Positions 22,101-30,787 of a DNA stretch of 64,000 bases are shown here, one piece after another. This stretch comes from an uncultured virus (IMG/VR IMGVR_UViG_3300007609_001041) (taxonomy: Duplodnaviria; Heunggongvirae; Uroviricota; Caudoviricetes), in IMG/VR virus record IMGVR_UViG_3300007609_001041, positions 1-64,000 of that record, one strand, 5' to 3'. Made by a program: the position numbers and the translations under genes. Every line of letters begins with the position of its first letter. Positions within the stretch are counted from its first letter, which is position 1. The notes beneath the pieces are model-generated. The model saw only the letters and a list, made by a program, of their open reading frames with translations, made no database searches and was not told the DNA's origin.

Positions 22101-25100
22101 AAACTTTGGTGAAGATATTGCTATTTCAAATGACGGTAAAAAAATTGCTGTCGGTGCGTCATATAACAGTAATGTTAGTAGTGCTAACGGAGCCGTTTAT
22201 ATTTACATGCAACACGGCGACAGCTTTGTTTATAATCAAACAATTAGACCTAAGGATGTTTCGCCAAATACCCGATTTGGCGCTAGATTAGACTTTGATG
22301 GCAACACTTTAGCTGTGACAGCCAAAGGAGGCGACATTGTTATAGCTACTTTAGTAGATAGCGGATCAACAACGTTTGACAATAATAATACAGAATTTAC
22401 TACTGTTGATAATAATAGTGGATTAGTTAGTGTATACGAAACAGTAAATGATACATTATTGTACGGACAAGATTTTAGTTACGACCGAGATACTGAAGAT
22501 TTTGGAAATGTTATTAAAGTAAAAAATAATCACGTGTATATCGGATTACCAACACAAGCTGTTAGTACAAATAATATTGTAGACAGAGGCGTTGTTTCTG
22601 AATTTAGAAAACCAGCAAATTCTACTACTTGGAGCATAACACGAAGCCCAGTACTACCTGCAGACCTAAGCAAATTTAAAGGTGTATTTTTATACAATAA
22701 AAATGATAACAGCTTAGTGTCGTATGTCGACTATATTGATCCGATCCAAGGAAAAATCGCCGGGCCAGCTGAACAAGAAATTAGTTTTAAAACTAGTTAT
22801 GATCCTGCTAGGTATTCTAACAGTACAACTACTTCTGTAGTTTCAAATACCTTAGACTTTACAAGCGATAAATGGATCGGTAAACTTTGGTGGGATATCG
22901 GAAGTGCTAGATTTATCAATCACCACCAAGGCGATATTATTCAGTCAACTGCAAACTTTAATAAATTATTCCCTGGTACACAAGTAGATGTTTATGAATG
23001 GGTAGAAACTACCCTTACTCCGTCCGAATGGGACGAGCAAAGCGGAACCGAATCGGGCCTAACTAACGGTATTAGTGGTACTACAAAGTACGGAAATACA
23101 GCATACTCTGTCAGAAGAAGATACAACTCTGCCTCGCAAACATTTACAAACTATTATTATTACTGGGTAAGAAACAAACAAACCTTACCAAATATAGATT
23201 CTAATAGAGTTACAACAGCATTTGATGTAGCAAGGTATATTAGCGATCCTGCTGGAATTAATCACAAGTTTGTTGCAATTTTAGGTGATAACAGATTTAG
23301 CATTTACAATTGCGAATCTCTTATACAAGACAAAGATATTGCAATTAGCTTCAATTGGTGGACTATTGAAAACCAACAACAAAATGTTCATAATGAGTAT
23401 CAACTTATTAGTGACGGATTATCTACAAGCACTCCAAATAACGAAATTGAACAAAAATGGTTTGATAGCTTAGTTGGATTTGATACAAATGATAGACCTG
23501 TTCCGGATATCAACCTTCCAATGAAACAACGATATGGTTCTTTAAACGAACCGCGACAAAGTTGGTTTATTAATAAAACAGAAGCAAGAAAACAGTTTAT
23601 TGAAAGAACTAACAAGGTTTTATCACAAAACTTAATTGTTGATGATTTTGATCTGTCAGGATTAACAGAATTTGATCCATTGCCGACAGTTGCTACAGGC
23701 ATATTTGATACTACTTCTGATAGTTTTGCAGAACTTTCGTTTGTTAGTATTGCAAGAGTAAAACCTGCTACACTTACTTTAGAAATTGAAAACGGTGTTA
23801 TTATTAATGTTCTTATTACAGATCCAGGCGAAGGATATATTAATTCTCCAACTTATGTAATTAGTGATAGTCAAGGCACTGAAGGAGAGTTAGAATTTAC
23901 ATTAGACTCTAATGGTAAAATTAATAACGTTAATATTATTAACGGAGGTAAGAATTATTCTCAAAATGCAAGAATTAGTATTAGAAAATTTGCTGTCCTA
24001 GTAAAAAATGACGAAAACATTAATGGTAAATGGAGTGTATTCCAGTGGGACGGAAGTGAGTGGTTAAGAACACTTACACAAAGCTATGATGTAAACCTTT
24101 ATTGGAAATACATTGACTGGTACCAAACCGGGTATAATCAGTTTACATTAATAAATCATTTAATCAATAGCAGCTACGAGTTATTTGGTCTTGACGATCA
24201 AATCGGCGAAGTTGTTAAGATTAAATCTATTGGAACTGGCGGTTGGCTGTTATTAAGAAAAGTTGATAACCAAGATGTTACTGATTACAGTATTAACTAC
24301 CAAACTATCGGTAGAGAAAACGGCACCATAGAATTTTTAGATAGCTTGTATGATGTTAATAGTGAAAATATTGCATTCGATGGTGCAAACTATGATAAGA
24401 TTTTTTATGATACAGAGCCAGTTGAAGAATTTAGAAAAATAATTTCAATTATTAAAAATAATATATTTGTTGATCAATTGCAGCTGCATTGGAACGAATT
24501 ATTCTTTGCTGGGCTTAGATATGTGTTTACAGAACAGCCAAATGTCGACTGGGCGTTTAAAACAAGTTTTGTAAAAGCAAAACATAATATTGGTGAACTG
24601 GCGCAAAAAATTACATTCCAAAACGATAGTCTTCCCAGCTATCAAGACTATGTTGAAGAAATGAAACCGTATAAAACTAAGATTAGAGAATATTTAAGTT
24701 CGTACGAAAAAATCGATCCTGCCAATAATGTAGTAACTGATTTCGATCTTCCGCCAGTATACGATGAACTTGAAGGAAAAATTGTTCCGCAAAGTGTACA
24801 AATTATAAACGACGAAGTTGTTTCAGGAACATCAGACTTAACAGTTTATCCTGCAAAACACTGGTTGGACAATGTAGGATTTGAAATTACAAAGATTAAT
24901 ATTGCATCAGCAGGCAATGGATACGTAGAAGCCCCAATTATTAATATTACCGGCGGCGGCGGATCCGGCGCAACAGCAAAAGCCTTTATTGGTAATGGAC
25001 AAGTTGTGTCAATAGAAGTTACAAATCCTGGACAAGGTTATCTGTCCCAACCTACAATTGAAGTAATTGGGTCAATTGAAGAAGGTGGCTCAGTAGCAAG

Positions 25101-28074
25101 ACTAAGCCCTGTGTTTGGAAACGGAAAAGTTAAATCTGCACACCTTAGATGCAAATTTGATCGAGTAACGGGCACATACTTATTCCAAACATTAGAAGAA
25201 ACAGAAACATTTACATCGTCAATAGATCAATTGTTTATTGATCTTAAATGGCCTATGGAATTAAAATCTACTAATATTACTGTTACAGTTGACGGACTTG
25301 AATCTTTAAGAAGTGAATATACATTTGAGAATGTAGAAGATACTTCTAAAGGTTACACTCGATACTACGGTAGAATTAATTTTACAAATGCATTAAGTTT
25401 AGGCAGATCAGTTTCTATAAAGTATAATAAAGCACCAGATCTGTTACAAGCACAAGATAGAATTAATCTTTATTATAATCCTTCAACAGGAATGTTTGGT
25501 AATGAGTTAGGACAATTATTAGACGGAATAGACTACGGCGGAGTAGAAGTTACTAGCTTTGATTTCGGTGCAGGTTCTGGATGGGATTCAGACTCGTGGT
25601 TTACAAGTACCTATGATACATTTGATACTACTTACGAAGATGAAATATTCCAGTTAGATGGTAGTACAGAAGTATTTGCGTTAAGTCGGCCATTAGAAGA
25701 CGGGGTTGAATATAATATCTATCTAAATGGTGTAAAAATTGATGATCCAAATTTTGGAGATGACGATAGCTCCCTAGTTACAAATGAAAATGCTGTTATA
25801 AGAAGTATTACCGGAGACGGAGTAACTACTACGGTTACTATTTTAAATGATGTACAACGTTTTAAAGCTAATGACGTAGTTGTTATTAGAAAGAATACAT
25901 CCGACGGGTCATTTTTACCAGATCCGAGATCTTATGACACTGTATTAAGCGGCGGAAATTTACAATTTTCTACAGCAAAAGGTATTAATCCAGAAGAAAT
26001 AATTATCGACGGCGATGGATTTGTTACACCTACAACGTCTAAAGGTCCTGAAGAGCAAGTACCTGGGCAGGTTTTAGATACAGTTGATATTAAAGTATTC
26101 CATAGGCCTGAAGAGGGAGGTAGCACTCTTTCAAGCAATACTTACAGAGCAAACGGTACCCGGGATACGTTTGCATTCGGAATTCAGCCACAAAACAAAG
26201 AAGGTTTAATTGTAAAACTTGACGAAAACATTCAACGTCAATCCTTATACACTGTCGATTACAAAAATAAGACTGTTAAATTTAACACAGTCCCTTCTAT
26301 TAACGCAACAATTAATATTGTTTCAATTAGTGGTAATGGTAAAAATGTATTAGAACAAAGTGAAACAATCGGCGACGGATCTTCTATATCCTATGTTACA
26401 AAAGCAAGATATACTAGTACGCTTGATTACTATGCTACAGTAAACGGAGTTGCTGTTGAATCGGTTCTAGTATCAAGTGACGACGGAAGTACTGAAGATT
26501 CTAATCCAAAAGCTACTATACTTTTTGGTAGTCCTCCGCCCGATAATAGCGTTATTAGTTATGCAATTTACAGTGCTGTAGATTCTTTTAGTAAAATTGA
26601 AACTACAGAATTTATAGGTGACGGAAGCACAAAAACATTCGACTTAGAAACAACACCATACAGTGCTCTTCCAAACAGTCACAATGTAATTGTTAAACAA
26701 GGAAATAGAATACTAAATCCTGGGTTTAATCAACAATACAATATTACAGCATCTCAAAGAGAATATTTCTTAGAAATTTGGCAATCGCCAATTGGAAGTT
26801 TTGATACTTCTGATGTACTTGTATTGATTAACGGTGTAGAACAAACTATTGCTGTAGACTATAATATCCGTCCTGCAAATAGTAGTATTATTCTTGAGCC
26901 TGGCATTGGCGCAGACGGTGATATTTTGGAAGTGTATTTAAGAACCGACGGAGACTATGCGTTTGGTAGTATACAGATTGTTAATAATCAAAATACTTGG
27001 ATAGACAGCGGGTCAACTCTGCAGTTAGACTCGGCTCCTCCTGAAGGAGAAATATTAACAGTTTATACGTTTAACAAACACGACGATATGGACTTTGAAA
27101 GAATTAACTATGATGTTGTTGCTAGAACAACTCTTGTGGTTGGTTCTGAAGACGACATACAATACAATCACATAAAAGGTGGTTTAGTTAAATTAAGATA
27201 TGCAGCTGTTGATGCACAATATGTATGGTTAACAGTAAATGGGTTATTACAAACTCCGAGCGTTGATTACATTCTAACTGACGATAAACAGTACTTAAGA
27301 TATAAAGGTAGTTTTGCAGATAATGATGTTGTTGAATTAATTCAATTTAGCTCATTAGGCCCACTAACACCTAAGTTTGGATTTAGTCAGTTTAAAGATA
27401 TATTGAATAGAAATATATATAAACGTTTAGGAGATGTTGCACCATTAAAACTTGCTCGTGATTTAAATACATTTGATAAAGAAATAATATTAGAAGACGC
27501 TTCTACAATAAGTGCTCCAGACAAAAATAGTAAAGTTCCAGGAATTATTTTTATTAACGGAGAACGTATTGAGTATTTGATCAAACAAGAAAATACACTA
27601 AGGCAAATCCAGCGAGGCACATTAGGAACTGGAGTTCCGCAAACACACTTGTCAGGTAGCGATGTTTATAATGCTGCAAGTACACAAACAGCACCGTATG
27701 CAGATAATACTATCGTTGACGAAATCGACGGCGACGGTTCGACTTTTGTATTCGAATTAGGATTTACTCCAGCAAGTGTAAATGAGTTTGAAGTATTTGT
27801 TGCAGGTAGAAGATTGCGTAAAAATGAAATTCAAGTATTTGATGCTACTTTAGATCAAGACTCTCCCGAAGGGGATGTTACTGCACCTGCTGAGTTTAGT
27901 GTTGATGGAATAACACCATTTGTAACTTTGTTAAATAAGCCAGCAGACGGTACAAAAATAAAAATTGTTAGAAGACAAGGAACCTTGTGGACAGATCCAG
28001 GAACACCGCTTAATAATTCAGAAAGTTTAGTTGCACGTTTCTTTAAAGCCGAAAAGGTGGAGCTACCCAAATAA
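13114..28074 (+). CDS. Giant (4986 aa) virion baseplate/adsorption protein
   Basis: Uninterrupted 15 kb ORF coupled to gp6 (TAATG). Contains FG-GAP-like repeats (FGSSVAMS...LAIGSP), short W..Y..G..V carbohydrate-binding-like modules, GxGY..P repeats and repeated GDGST..F modules. Confidence 0.75.
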   Translation: MAQDENGIPVGDDNIKRKTADFLPRYFRTVANKKFLSSTIDQMMQPGVVEKVDGFIGRKDAKAWSSSDNYVSDVSADRENYQLEPVAVVEDTLGNTILHRDYRDYMNSAKIRNAQVGNHSLTNSQEFYSWDPHINWDKFTNFREYYWLPQGPDSIPVFGAARDIKSTYNVNSLDNVDNFAYSFNTTNPTANPTLTLYRGQTYVFDLNTVDMPFTIRTSRSLSNDTNLYNTGVSEQKVETGTVTFEVDLEAPDYLYYINNNDIEASGLIIIKDIRDNTQLDVGSDIVGKKTYTMQNGYEMTNGMKVKFYGEITPAEYAIGNWYVEGVGESIRLVSEDDVLITADYLLDNATEFDEQGFSTLPFDNATSYASEKDYIVINRASPDNNQWSRYNRWTHRSVIETTATINNVPVMLDQTFRAVRPIIEFEAGLKLYNSGTFAKQSVDLVDTRTTDVFSQIEGQVGYFVDGVELVSGMRVLFTADPDSLVSGKIYEVNFISHNGSTQITLVETTDTAPLENETVLVKAGTNFKGKMFYYDGTDWKQSQDKTGVNQQPLFDLYNDEGTALSDLDGSSFVGNKLFSYKVGNGSNDTELGFPLSYRTIENSGDIVFDFNLLADTYTYDQLTDVITSSTDTAVLRKYTSRSSFNSVSGWTTASKKSEQWVVQQPEVKTRTNNFKIDVYDRSGDLTDLAIKVYVNNTRYTENDQYTIVKVNGFAYVTFSNNLTSGDKLVIKTNTSATKNEKGFYEFPINFEKNPQNENVTTFTLGEVLDHVSSIVDNNDEVTGTFPGVGNLRDVGQLSKYGLKFVKHSGPINLALYNLTNKDYDAIGAIRYAGLEYIKFKREFLRIANELGFDGVDKVHVDKILTTLNSTKTNQDSFYFSDMVPYGNDSLTTHNIDDPSETIFSLTRGIDFTTLNEYAVLPYLNNKLLTKDKDYSISTSGFLTLEIPVKANDVLDVYEFESTDGCWIPPTPTKLGLYPKYRPEAYLDDTYIYVTPESTGPYKIYGRDETTTDTSYKNKLGWFYPLYTSEEDAQNADRANGGTGMAHDHVFAGYNKIFYMPNSAMNHATADDNRFEEWPAAQPIIQGHDGSRWRCFGDYRDHLLLDLERRIYNNIKQPYNETILDIADFVETKGRQTQFGRYKVTKTMISDFNRWSETVGNPDYSTNTYFDRTNGFTFNYSKFADPNNNSLPGFWRAVYKDFYNTDRPHSHPWEILGLTEKPDWWEEVYGEAPYTRNNLILWEDLSKGIVKEPGKKIVYRNKFKNSLIYTYIPVDDQGNLLDPANCGLAKDGIDSTYSEPFVFGDEGPVETAWRRSSHYPFSLITAWALHQPAQFFGLAFDRSRIARNSAGQLVYTDTSKTIELDQLKFPNSSTDSSRVLTAGIVNYIQGYLAQNQTVQFSQYQTEIKSLQNKIGAKLGGFTQKDKFKLILDSRTPTNEGNIFVPEENYKINLVKSVPINVYTYSGVIIEIVPSGYIIRGYDKENPYFKTYSTIKKNADPLISVGGTSESFLAWTSRKFYEVGQIVELNEVYYRVKVSHTSGDNFNLDNFQKLAELPEEGGAKAFFRKNFDRTEVIEIPYGTLYREIQDVVDFILGYEQYLISVGFTFDSFNQDLEEVENWSLSAKEYMFWTTQNWESGTVLTLSPSARQVNFEEEYVVADDIYNNFYDYSLLKSDGKRLLADFATTERDNTNSFGIYVKNTEDGIYNLKVPVVQHEHVIILDNRTVFGDVIYNRPQGYRQERIKVKGYRSDDWNGSYNIPGFIFDDATVNEWQSYQDYSIGSLIKHKQYYYVAKANITGTEFFEDTNYVRLNEKPEQALLPNWDYKAKQFLDFYDLDSDNFDTEQQRLAQHLIGYQNRTYLENIINDDVSQFKFFQGAIQDKGTKNVLTKLFDKLGSASKDSLEFYEEWAVRVGRYGATTGDDQFEVLLDEEKYRLSPQPVELVEVVDPQDTSLVYRLDRNNILVKSQNYDHKPFPVKYFNDNNSYTKTAGYVNSSDVSMSLLNYDEILDKTLSEIPGNSYLWVALQKNQQTWAVYKHTQTEFKITSISDSNNTTFDITLNRAPNFEIGDIIGVNDVNDDVDKFYKISNISLNVVSLLTTDSITADDEISGYITEFKNTRLARLSEANSLIDSAKRFDIDNNSVASDIIWVDDDDTGKWIVLENNQVFELKPDIKNTLAGLFDSTQKDFGSNISVSNDNNLIAISAPKDLNGSVYIYQRPSDNTDFGYLQQIDEQTLISDQQGGFGSSVAMSPDKKYLAIGSPNASNVKTKFKGDYRSSNAYVANDIVLHDTQLWKAKRTIESELSRIFDTHASNQQSIEDDYDSTDQSYPEIPFMIRGDYSLGADESTDHILIRAETDQWEGTKAGDRLFLKWNKYTTTNKLGTQPFNNDSVLTETFINGEHTIVNKVSAICHVQSTLLVPEVGSEITTDVGKATVVYRKVNDENQMTLYLSNINGQIGDVGTFLQNGVTVGDYELVLPIRDDYHSGWWYINVGSTFTSSNLTETNANLVVQTIKLENDFSTPTPYFTNILDVVQNRDQTKPTQPSYLGVLSHTQGQTLIDIIDSRWYFRTELTHGSNVQVGDNANFWLNSIKVNDLVQDPSAINLSFDYLNNTQHTVDDIWDGWTEVRLTNFDLNGDPFLPLVGDTLSDTATGETAEIAFIERAFGTAKIYLKNRSGAWALGSDFGEPSNATFIQNDSTLRTIGPINSTHMQNSISGPIIVIDKAENIAIPSTNYIQDLEYWHYSVSAVQGIIDSTTPPSSINLDWTRVFNIPASPEGTQSGLTNEGMFAIYEFSGSTYQLINYFTVPNSASYRQLGTNMMFSQTNDNYRLFVHASGNNTELNQGRIYYFDKSDTENWSIGTEPNYRGLYRTSGTYFEGEYTKFGDTVYEAKTNLIPGIFNPSQWTEIGSGIDLLGYVPNDTNFSISESTLSQDMLEEFGSVFDVSNDGNVLIAAARYTNTQDSSVPNIKIVVYRKINDQYVYSQLLEPSDLTENFGEDIAISNDGKKIAVGASYNSNVSSANGAVYIYMQHGDSFVYNQTIRPKDVSPNTRFGARLDFDGNTLAVTAKGGDIVIATLVDSGSTTFDNNNTEFTTVDNNSGLVSVYETVNDTLLYGQDFSYDRDTEDFGNVIKVKNNHVYIGLPTQAVSTNNIVDRGVVSEFRKPANSTTWSITRSPVLPADLSKFKGVFLYNKNDNSLVSYVDYIDPIQGKIAGPAEQEISFKTSYDPARYSNSTTTSVVSNTLDFTSDKWIGKLWWDIGSARFINHHQGDIIQSTANFNKLFPGTQVDVYEWVETTLTPSEWDEQSGTESGLTNGISGTTKYGNTAYSVRRRYNSASQTFTNYYYYWVRNKQTLPNIDSNRVTTAFDVARYISDPAGINHKFVAILGDNRFSIYNCESLIQDKDIAISFNWWTIENQQQNVHNEYQLISDGLSTSTPNNEIEQKWFDSLVGFDTNDRPVPDINLPMKQRYGSLNEPRQSWFINKTEARKQFIERTNKVLSQNLIVDDFDLSGLTEFDPLPTVATGIFDTTSDSFAELSFVSIARVKPATLTLEIENGVIINVLITDPGEGYINSPTYVISDSQGTEGELEFTLDSNGKINNVNIINGGKNYSQNARISIRKFAVLVKNDENINGKWSVFQWDGSEWLRTLTQSYDVNLYWKYIDWYQTGYNQFTLINHLINSSYELFGLDDQIGEVVKIKSIGTGGWLLLRKVDNQDVTDYSINYQTIGRENGTIEFLDSLYDVNSENIAFDGANYDKIFYDTEPVEEFRKIISIIKNNIFVDQLQLHWNELFFAGLRYVFTEQPNVDWAFKTSFVKAKHNIGELAQKITFQNDSLPSYQDYVEEMKPYKTKIREYLSSYEKIDPANNVVTDFDLPPVYDELEGKIVPQSVQIINDEVVSGTSDLTVYPAKHWLDNVGFEITKINIASAGNGYVEAPIINITGGGGSGATAKAFIGNGQVVSIEVTNPGQGYLSQPTIEVIGSIEEGGSVARLSPVFGNGKVKSAHLRCKFDRVTGTYLFQTLEETETFTSSIDQLFIDLKWPMELKSTNITVTVDGLESLRSEYTFENVEDTSKGYTRYYGRINFTNALSLGRSVSIKYNKAPDLLQAQDRINLYYNPSTGMFGNELGQLLDGIDYGGVEVTSFDFGAGSGWDSDSWFTSTYDTFDTTYEDEIFQLDGSTEVFALSRPLEDGVEYNIYLNGVKIDDPNFGDDDSSLVTNENAVIRSITGDGVTTTVTILNDVQRFKANDVVVIRKNTSDGSFLPDPRSYDTVLSGGNLQFSTAKGINPEEIIIDGDGFVTPTTSKGPEEQVPGQVLDTVDIKVFHRPEEGGSTLSSNTYRANGTRDTFAFGIQPQNKEGLIVKLDENIQRQSLYTVDYKNKTVKFNTVPSINATINIVSISGNGKNVLEQSETIGDGSSISYVTKARYTSTLDYYATVNGVAVESVLVSSDDGSTEDSNPKATILFGSPPPDNSVISYAIYSAVDSFSKIETTEFIGDGSTKTFDLETTPYSALPNSHNVIVKQGNRILNPGFNQQYNITASQREYFLEIWQSPIGSFDTSDVLVLINGVEQTIAVDYNIRPANSSIILEPGIGADGDILEVYLRTDGDYAFGSIQIVNNQNTWIDSGSTLQLDSAPPEGEILTVYTFNKHDDMDFERINYDVVARTTLVVGSEDDIQYNHIKGGLVKLRYAAVDAQYVWLTVNGLLQTPSVDYILTDDKQYLRYKGSFADNDVVELIQFSSLGPLTPKFGFSQFKDILNRNIYKRLGDVAPLKLARDLNTFDKEIILEDASTISAPDKNSKVPGIIFINGERIEYLIKQENTLRQIQRGTLGTGVPQTHLSGSDVYNAASTQTAPYADNTIVDEIDGDGSTFVFELGFTPASVNEFEVFVAGRRLRKNEIQVFDATLDQDSPEGDVTAPAEFSVDGITPFVTLLNKPADGTKIKIVRRQGTLWTDPGTPLNNSESLVARFFKAEKVELPK

Positions 28075-28077
28075 ATA
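28070..28077 (+). promoter_or_regulatory. Putative late promoter (AATAAATA) overlapping the giant ORF stop
   Basis: TAAATA core about 18 nt above the next ATG. Confidence 0.55.
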
Positions 28078-28094
28078 CAGTATAGGGAAAAGAT

Positions 28095-28706
28095 ATGATT
28101 GATACTATCAACGAACAAAATGGAGTAATGCTCCAAGGACATATTAAGATAACAGATCCGACATCGGGCGAAGTCTTAATTGATAAACGTAACGCTATTC
28201 ATTACGAAAATATGAGTATTAGTCTTGCAGAAAGTTTAGCTAATGCAGGACAGGGATTTGTTTATGAAATGGCATTTGGCAATGGTGGAACAAGCATCGA
28301 TCCAACTGGTATTATTACATATCTTACTCCTAACAGTACAGGCACCAACGCAAGTTTGTATAATCAAACTTTTATTAAAGTAGTAGATGACAGAAGTGTT
28401 AACAACACTGATCCTGCTAGAAATAAAATTGAATCAAGACACGTAAGTGGTACTAACTATACTGACATTGTTGTTACTTGCCTACTTGACTATGGTGAAC
28501 CTAGCGGGCAAGATGCTGTTGATAATGCAACTAATGCTGATAGTTTGTATGTGTTTGACGAACTTGGTTTAGTTAGTTATTCACCGTCAGGGCAAGGCAG
28601 GCTTTTGACACATGTTATTTTTCACCCGGTGCAAAAATCATTGAATAGACTTATTCAAATTGATTACACAGTTAGGGTACAAAGTTTATCGGGGTTTAAT
28701 GAATAA
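28095..28706 (+). CDS. Virion structural protein (baseplate/fibre-attachment type)
   Basis: MAFGNGG...FDELGL...LLTHVIFHPVQKS pattern resembling fibre-attachment domains; located between baseplate and fibre genes. Confidence 0.55.
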   Translation: MIDTINEQNGVMLQGHIKITDPTSGEVLIDKRNAIHYENMSISLAESLANAGQGFVYEMAFGNGGTSIDPTGIITYLTPNSTGTNASLYNQTFIKVVDDRSVNNTDPARNKIESRHVSGTNYTDIVVTCLLDYGEPSGQDAVDNATNADSLYVFDELGLVSYSPSGQGRLLTHVIFHPVQKSLNRLIQIDYTVRVQSLSGFNE

Positions 28707-30787
28707 TGGCATATACAATTAACTATTCCGACACGAACAAAGGTACTATTGCAATTGAAGATAGTACAATTAATCAGCAAACTAGTTTAGATTTACCTGG
28801 ACGTAATACAACTAGTTATGGATCTGTTATTGCAGAAAGTTTTTTAAAAGTTTTAGAAAATTTTGCAAATGACACAGCACCTAGGAATCCGGTTCAAGGA
28901 CAATTGTGGTATGATAGTTCGACTGGTATTAATACGTTAAAGTTATATGACGGAACAGGATGGGTCAGTGCTAGCGGATTAAAAAAGGGAAATACAGCTC
29001 CAGAAGTTGCAAATGCTCTTGCAGGAGATTTATGGAGCGATACTGATAATAATCAGCTATACATTTTTACTGGAAGTGGATGGACACTTGTAGGACCTGA
29101 ATATAGTGACGGTTTATTAACTGGCGCAAAGCCTGCTGTGGTAACAGGTAAAGATGATATCCTATATACTATTCTACAAATAGAAGTAGGCGGATCACCA
29201 ATTGCAATTTATAGCACTAAAACATTTCAACCAAAAAGCACTATTGCAGGATTTACAAGCATAAGACCGGGTCTTAACTTATCTAGTTTAAATATTGGCG
29301 GCTCGGGCATTAGTAAGTATTTTGGTACTAGCGAAAAAGCAGAAAGTTTAGTTGTAAATAACGAAGTAGTTATTGCAAGCAAGTTTTTAAGAAACGATGT
29401 AACAAGTACATCGAACGAACAAATTATTATTAGCAATAACAAAGGCATACAAGTTGGTCAGACAGCAACTGTTACATTTGACGTTCAGGGAACATCTGGA
29501 GTCGTTACAAATTTAACATCAGGTGCACCTATTGACTTTAAAGTTAATAATTTAGGTGTACAAAAAAATGTTATCAGAATTGACTCAACAGAAAAAGTTG
29601 GTATTAACACACTGTCTCCTGCAGAAGCATTAGACGTTAACGGCTCTATACAAACAAGCGATAATTTAATTGTTCAAGGAACAACTGATAGCGCAAGCAT
29701 TGGTACTGGATCAGTTAAAATTAGTGGCGGAGTTGGTATTGCTAAAAAACTATTCATCGGCACTGATCTAAATGTAGCCGGAACTAGCACAACAGGATCA
29801 ATTTTACCTGCCGCAACCCAAACGTCATCGTTGGGATCAACTGAAAAACGTTGGTCTGCAGTTCATGCAGTTGAATTTAGAGGAAACTTAATTGGTAATA
29901 TTACAGGTACAGTAACAGGTGGTGCCACAAACGCAAACAAATTAACTAGTGCTACAACATTTGAAATAACAGGAGATGTTAGTTCTAATCAAATTACATT
30001 TGATGGACAAGTAGGCGGAACCTCAAAAACATTTTCCACAGAAATTAGCAACACATTTATTGCGGCAAAAACACCAGTAACTACGCCCAACGACGATGAC
30101 GAAATTATTATTAATAGAATTTCAGGAGATGAAACTGGCGTATTTAAAATCTCTCAACAAGCATTAGTAAGTAGTGTTCCGGTTATTCCAATTGGTACAA
30201 TTATTCCTTTTGCAGGCATTAATCTTCCAGGAGGTTGGTTGTTATGCGATGGCAGCGAAGTTAGGATTTCAGATTATTTAACACTGTATAATACTATCTT
30301 ATACCAATTCAAAGACCAGAGTCAAGTAGCTTCAGGATTCTTTGGATTGCCAGATCTTAGAGGTAGATTCCCACTAGGTGCAGATAACATGGGCGGCACA
30401 AGTGCAAATCGTGTAACTGATGTTAACGCAGATACTGTTGGTCTTGCATCAGGTGTAGAAAGTAGATCAATTGATGTTAGAAATCTACCAGAGCATGAAC
30501 ACGATCTAAGATCGCCAAAAGGCGCTCAGTTTTATGTTATTCTTGATGACAGTGGTGTACAACAAGATGCTGATACTATTCCATATGACGCTCCTACAGG
30601 TTCTCAAGCAGGACAAGCAAGAACTAGTTCAGGCGGCGTGTTGAACAGAAGAAATATTACTTATAATGCTGAAACAGGACTAGAAGAATTTCAAACATTT
30701 GATATTACAGAATTAGGGACACCGTTTAATGTATTAAACCCATTCTTAACAGTCAAATATATTATCTATACGGGAGTTGGGGGCTAA
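28706..30787 (+). CDS. Tail fibre protein with a phage tail-collar domain
   Basis: PIGTIIPFAG..LPGGWLLCDG...FGLPDLRGRFPLG and NLPEHEH collar/tip motifs; N-terminal module shared with the next two genes. Confidence 0.8.
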   Translation: MAYTINYSDTNKGTIAIEDSTINQQTSLDLPGRNTTSYGSVIAESFLKVLENFANDTAPRNPVQGQLWYDSSTGINTLKLYDGTGWVSASGLKKGNTAPEVANALAGDLWSDTDNNQLYIFTGSGWTLVGPEYSDGLLTGAKPAVVTGKDDILYTILQIEVGGSPIAIYSTKTFQPKSTIAGFTSIRPGLNLSSLNIGGSGISKYFGTSEKAESLVVNNEVVIASKFLRNDVTSTSNEQIIISNNKGIQVGQTATVTFDVQGTSGVVTNLTSGAPIDFKVNNLGVQKNVIRIDSTEKVGINTLSPAEALDVNGSIQTSDNLIVQGTTDSASIGTGSVKISGGVGIAKKLFIGTDLNVAGTSTTGSILPAATQTSSLGSTEKRWSAVHAVEFRGNLIGNITGTVTGGATNANKLTSATTFEITGDVSSNQITFDGQVGGTSKTFSTEISNTFIAAKTPVTTPNDDDEIIINRISGDETGVFKISQQALVSSVPVIPIGTIIPFAGINLPGGWLLCDGSEVRISDYLTLYNTILYQFKDQSQVASGFFGLPDLRGRFPLGADNMGGTSANRVTDVNADTVGLASGVESRSIDVRNLPEHEHDLRSPKGAQFYVILDDSGVQQDADTIPYDAPTGSQAGQARTSSGGVLNRRNITYNAETGLEEFQTFDITELGTPFNVLNPFLTVKYIIYTGVGG

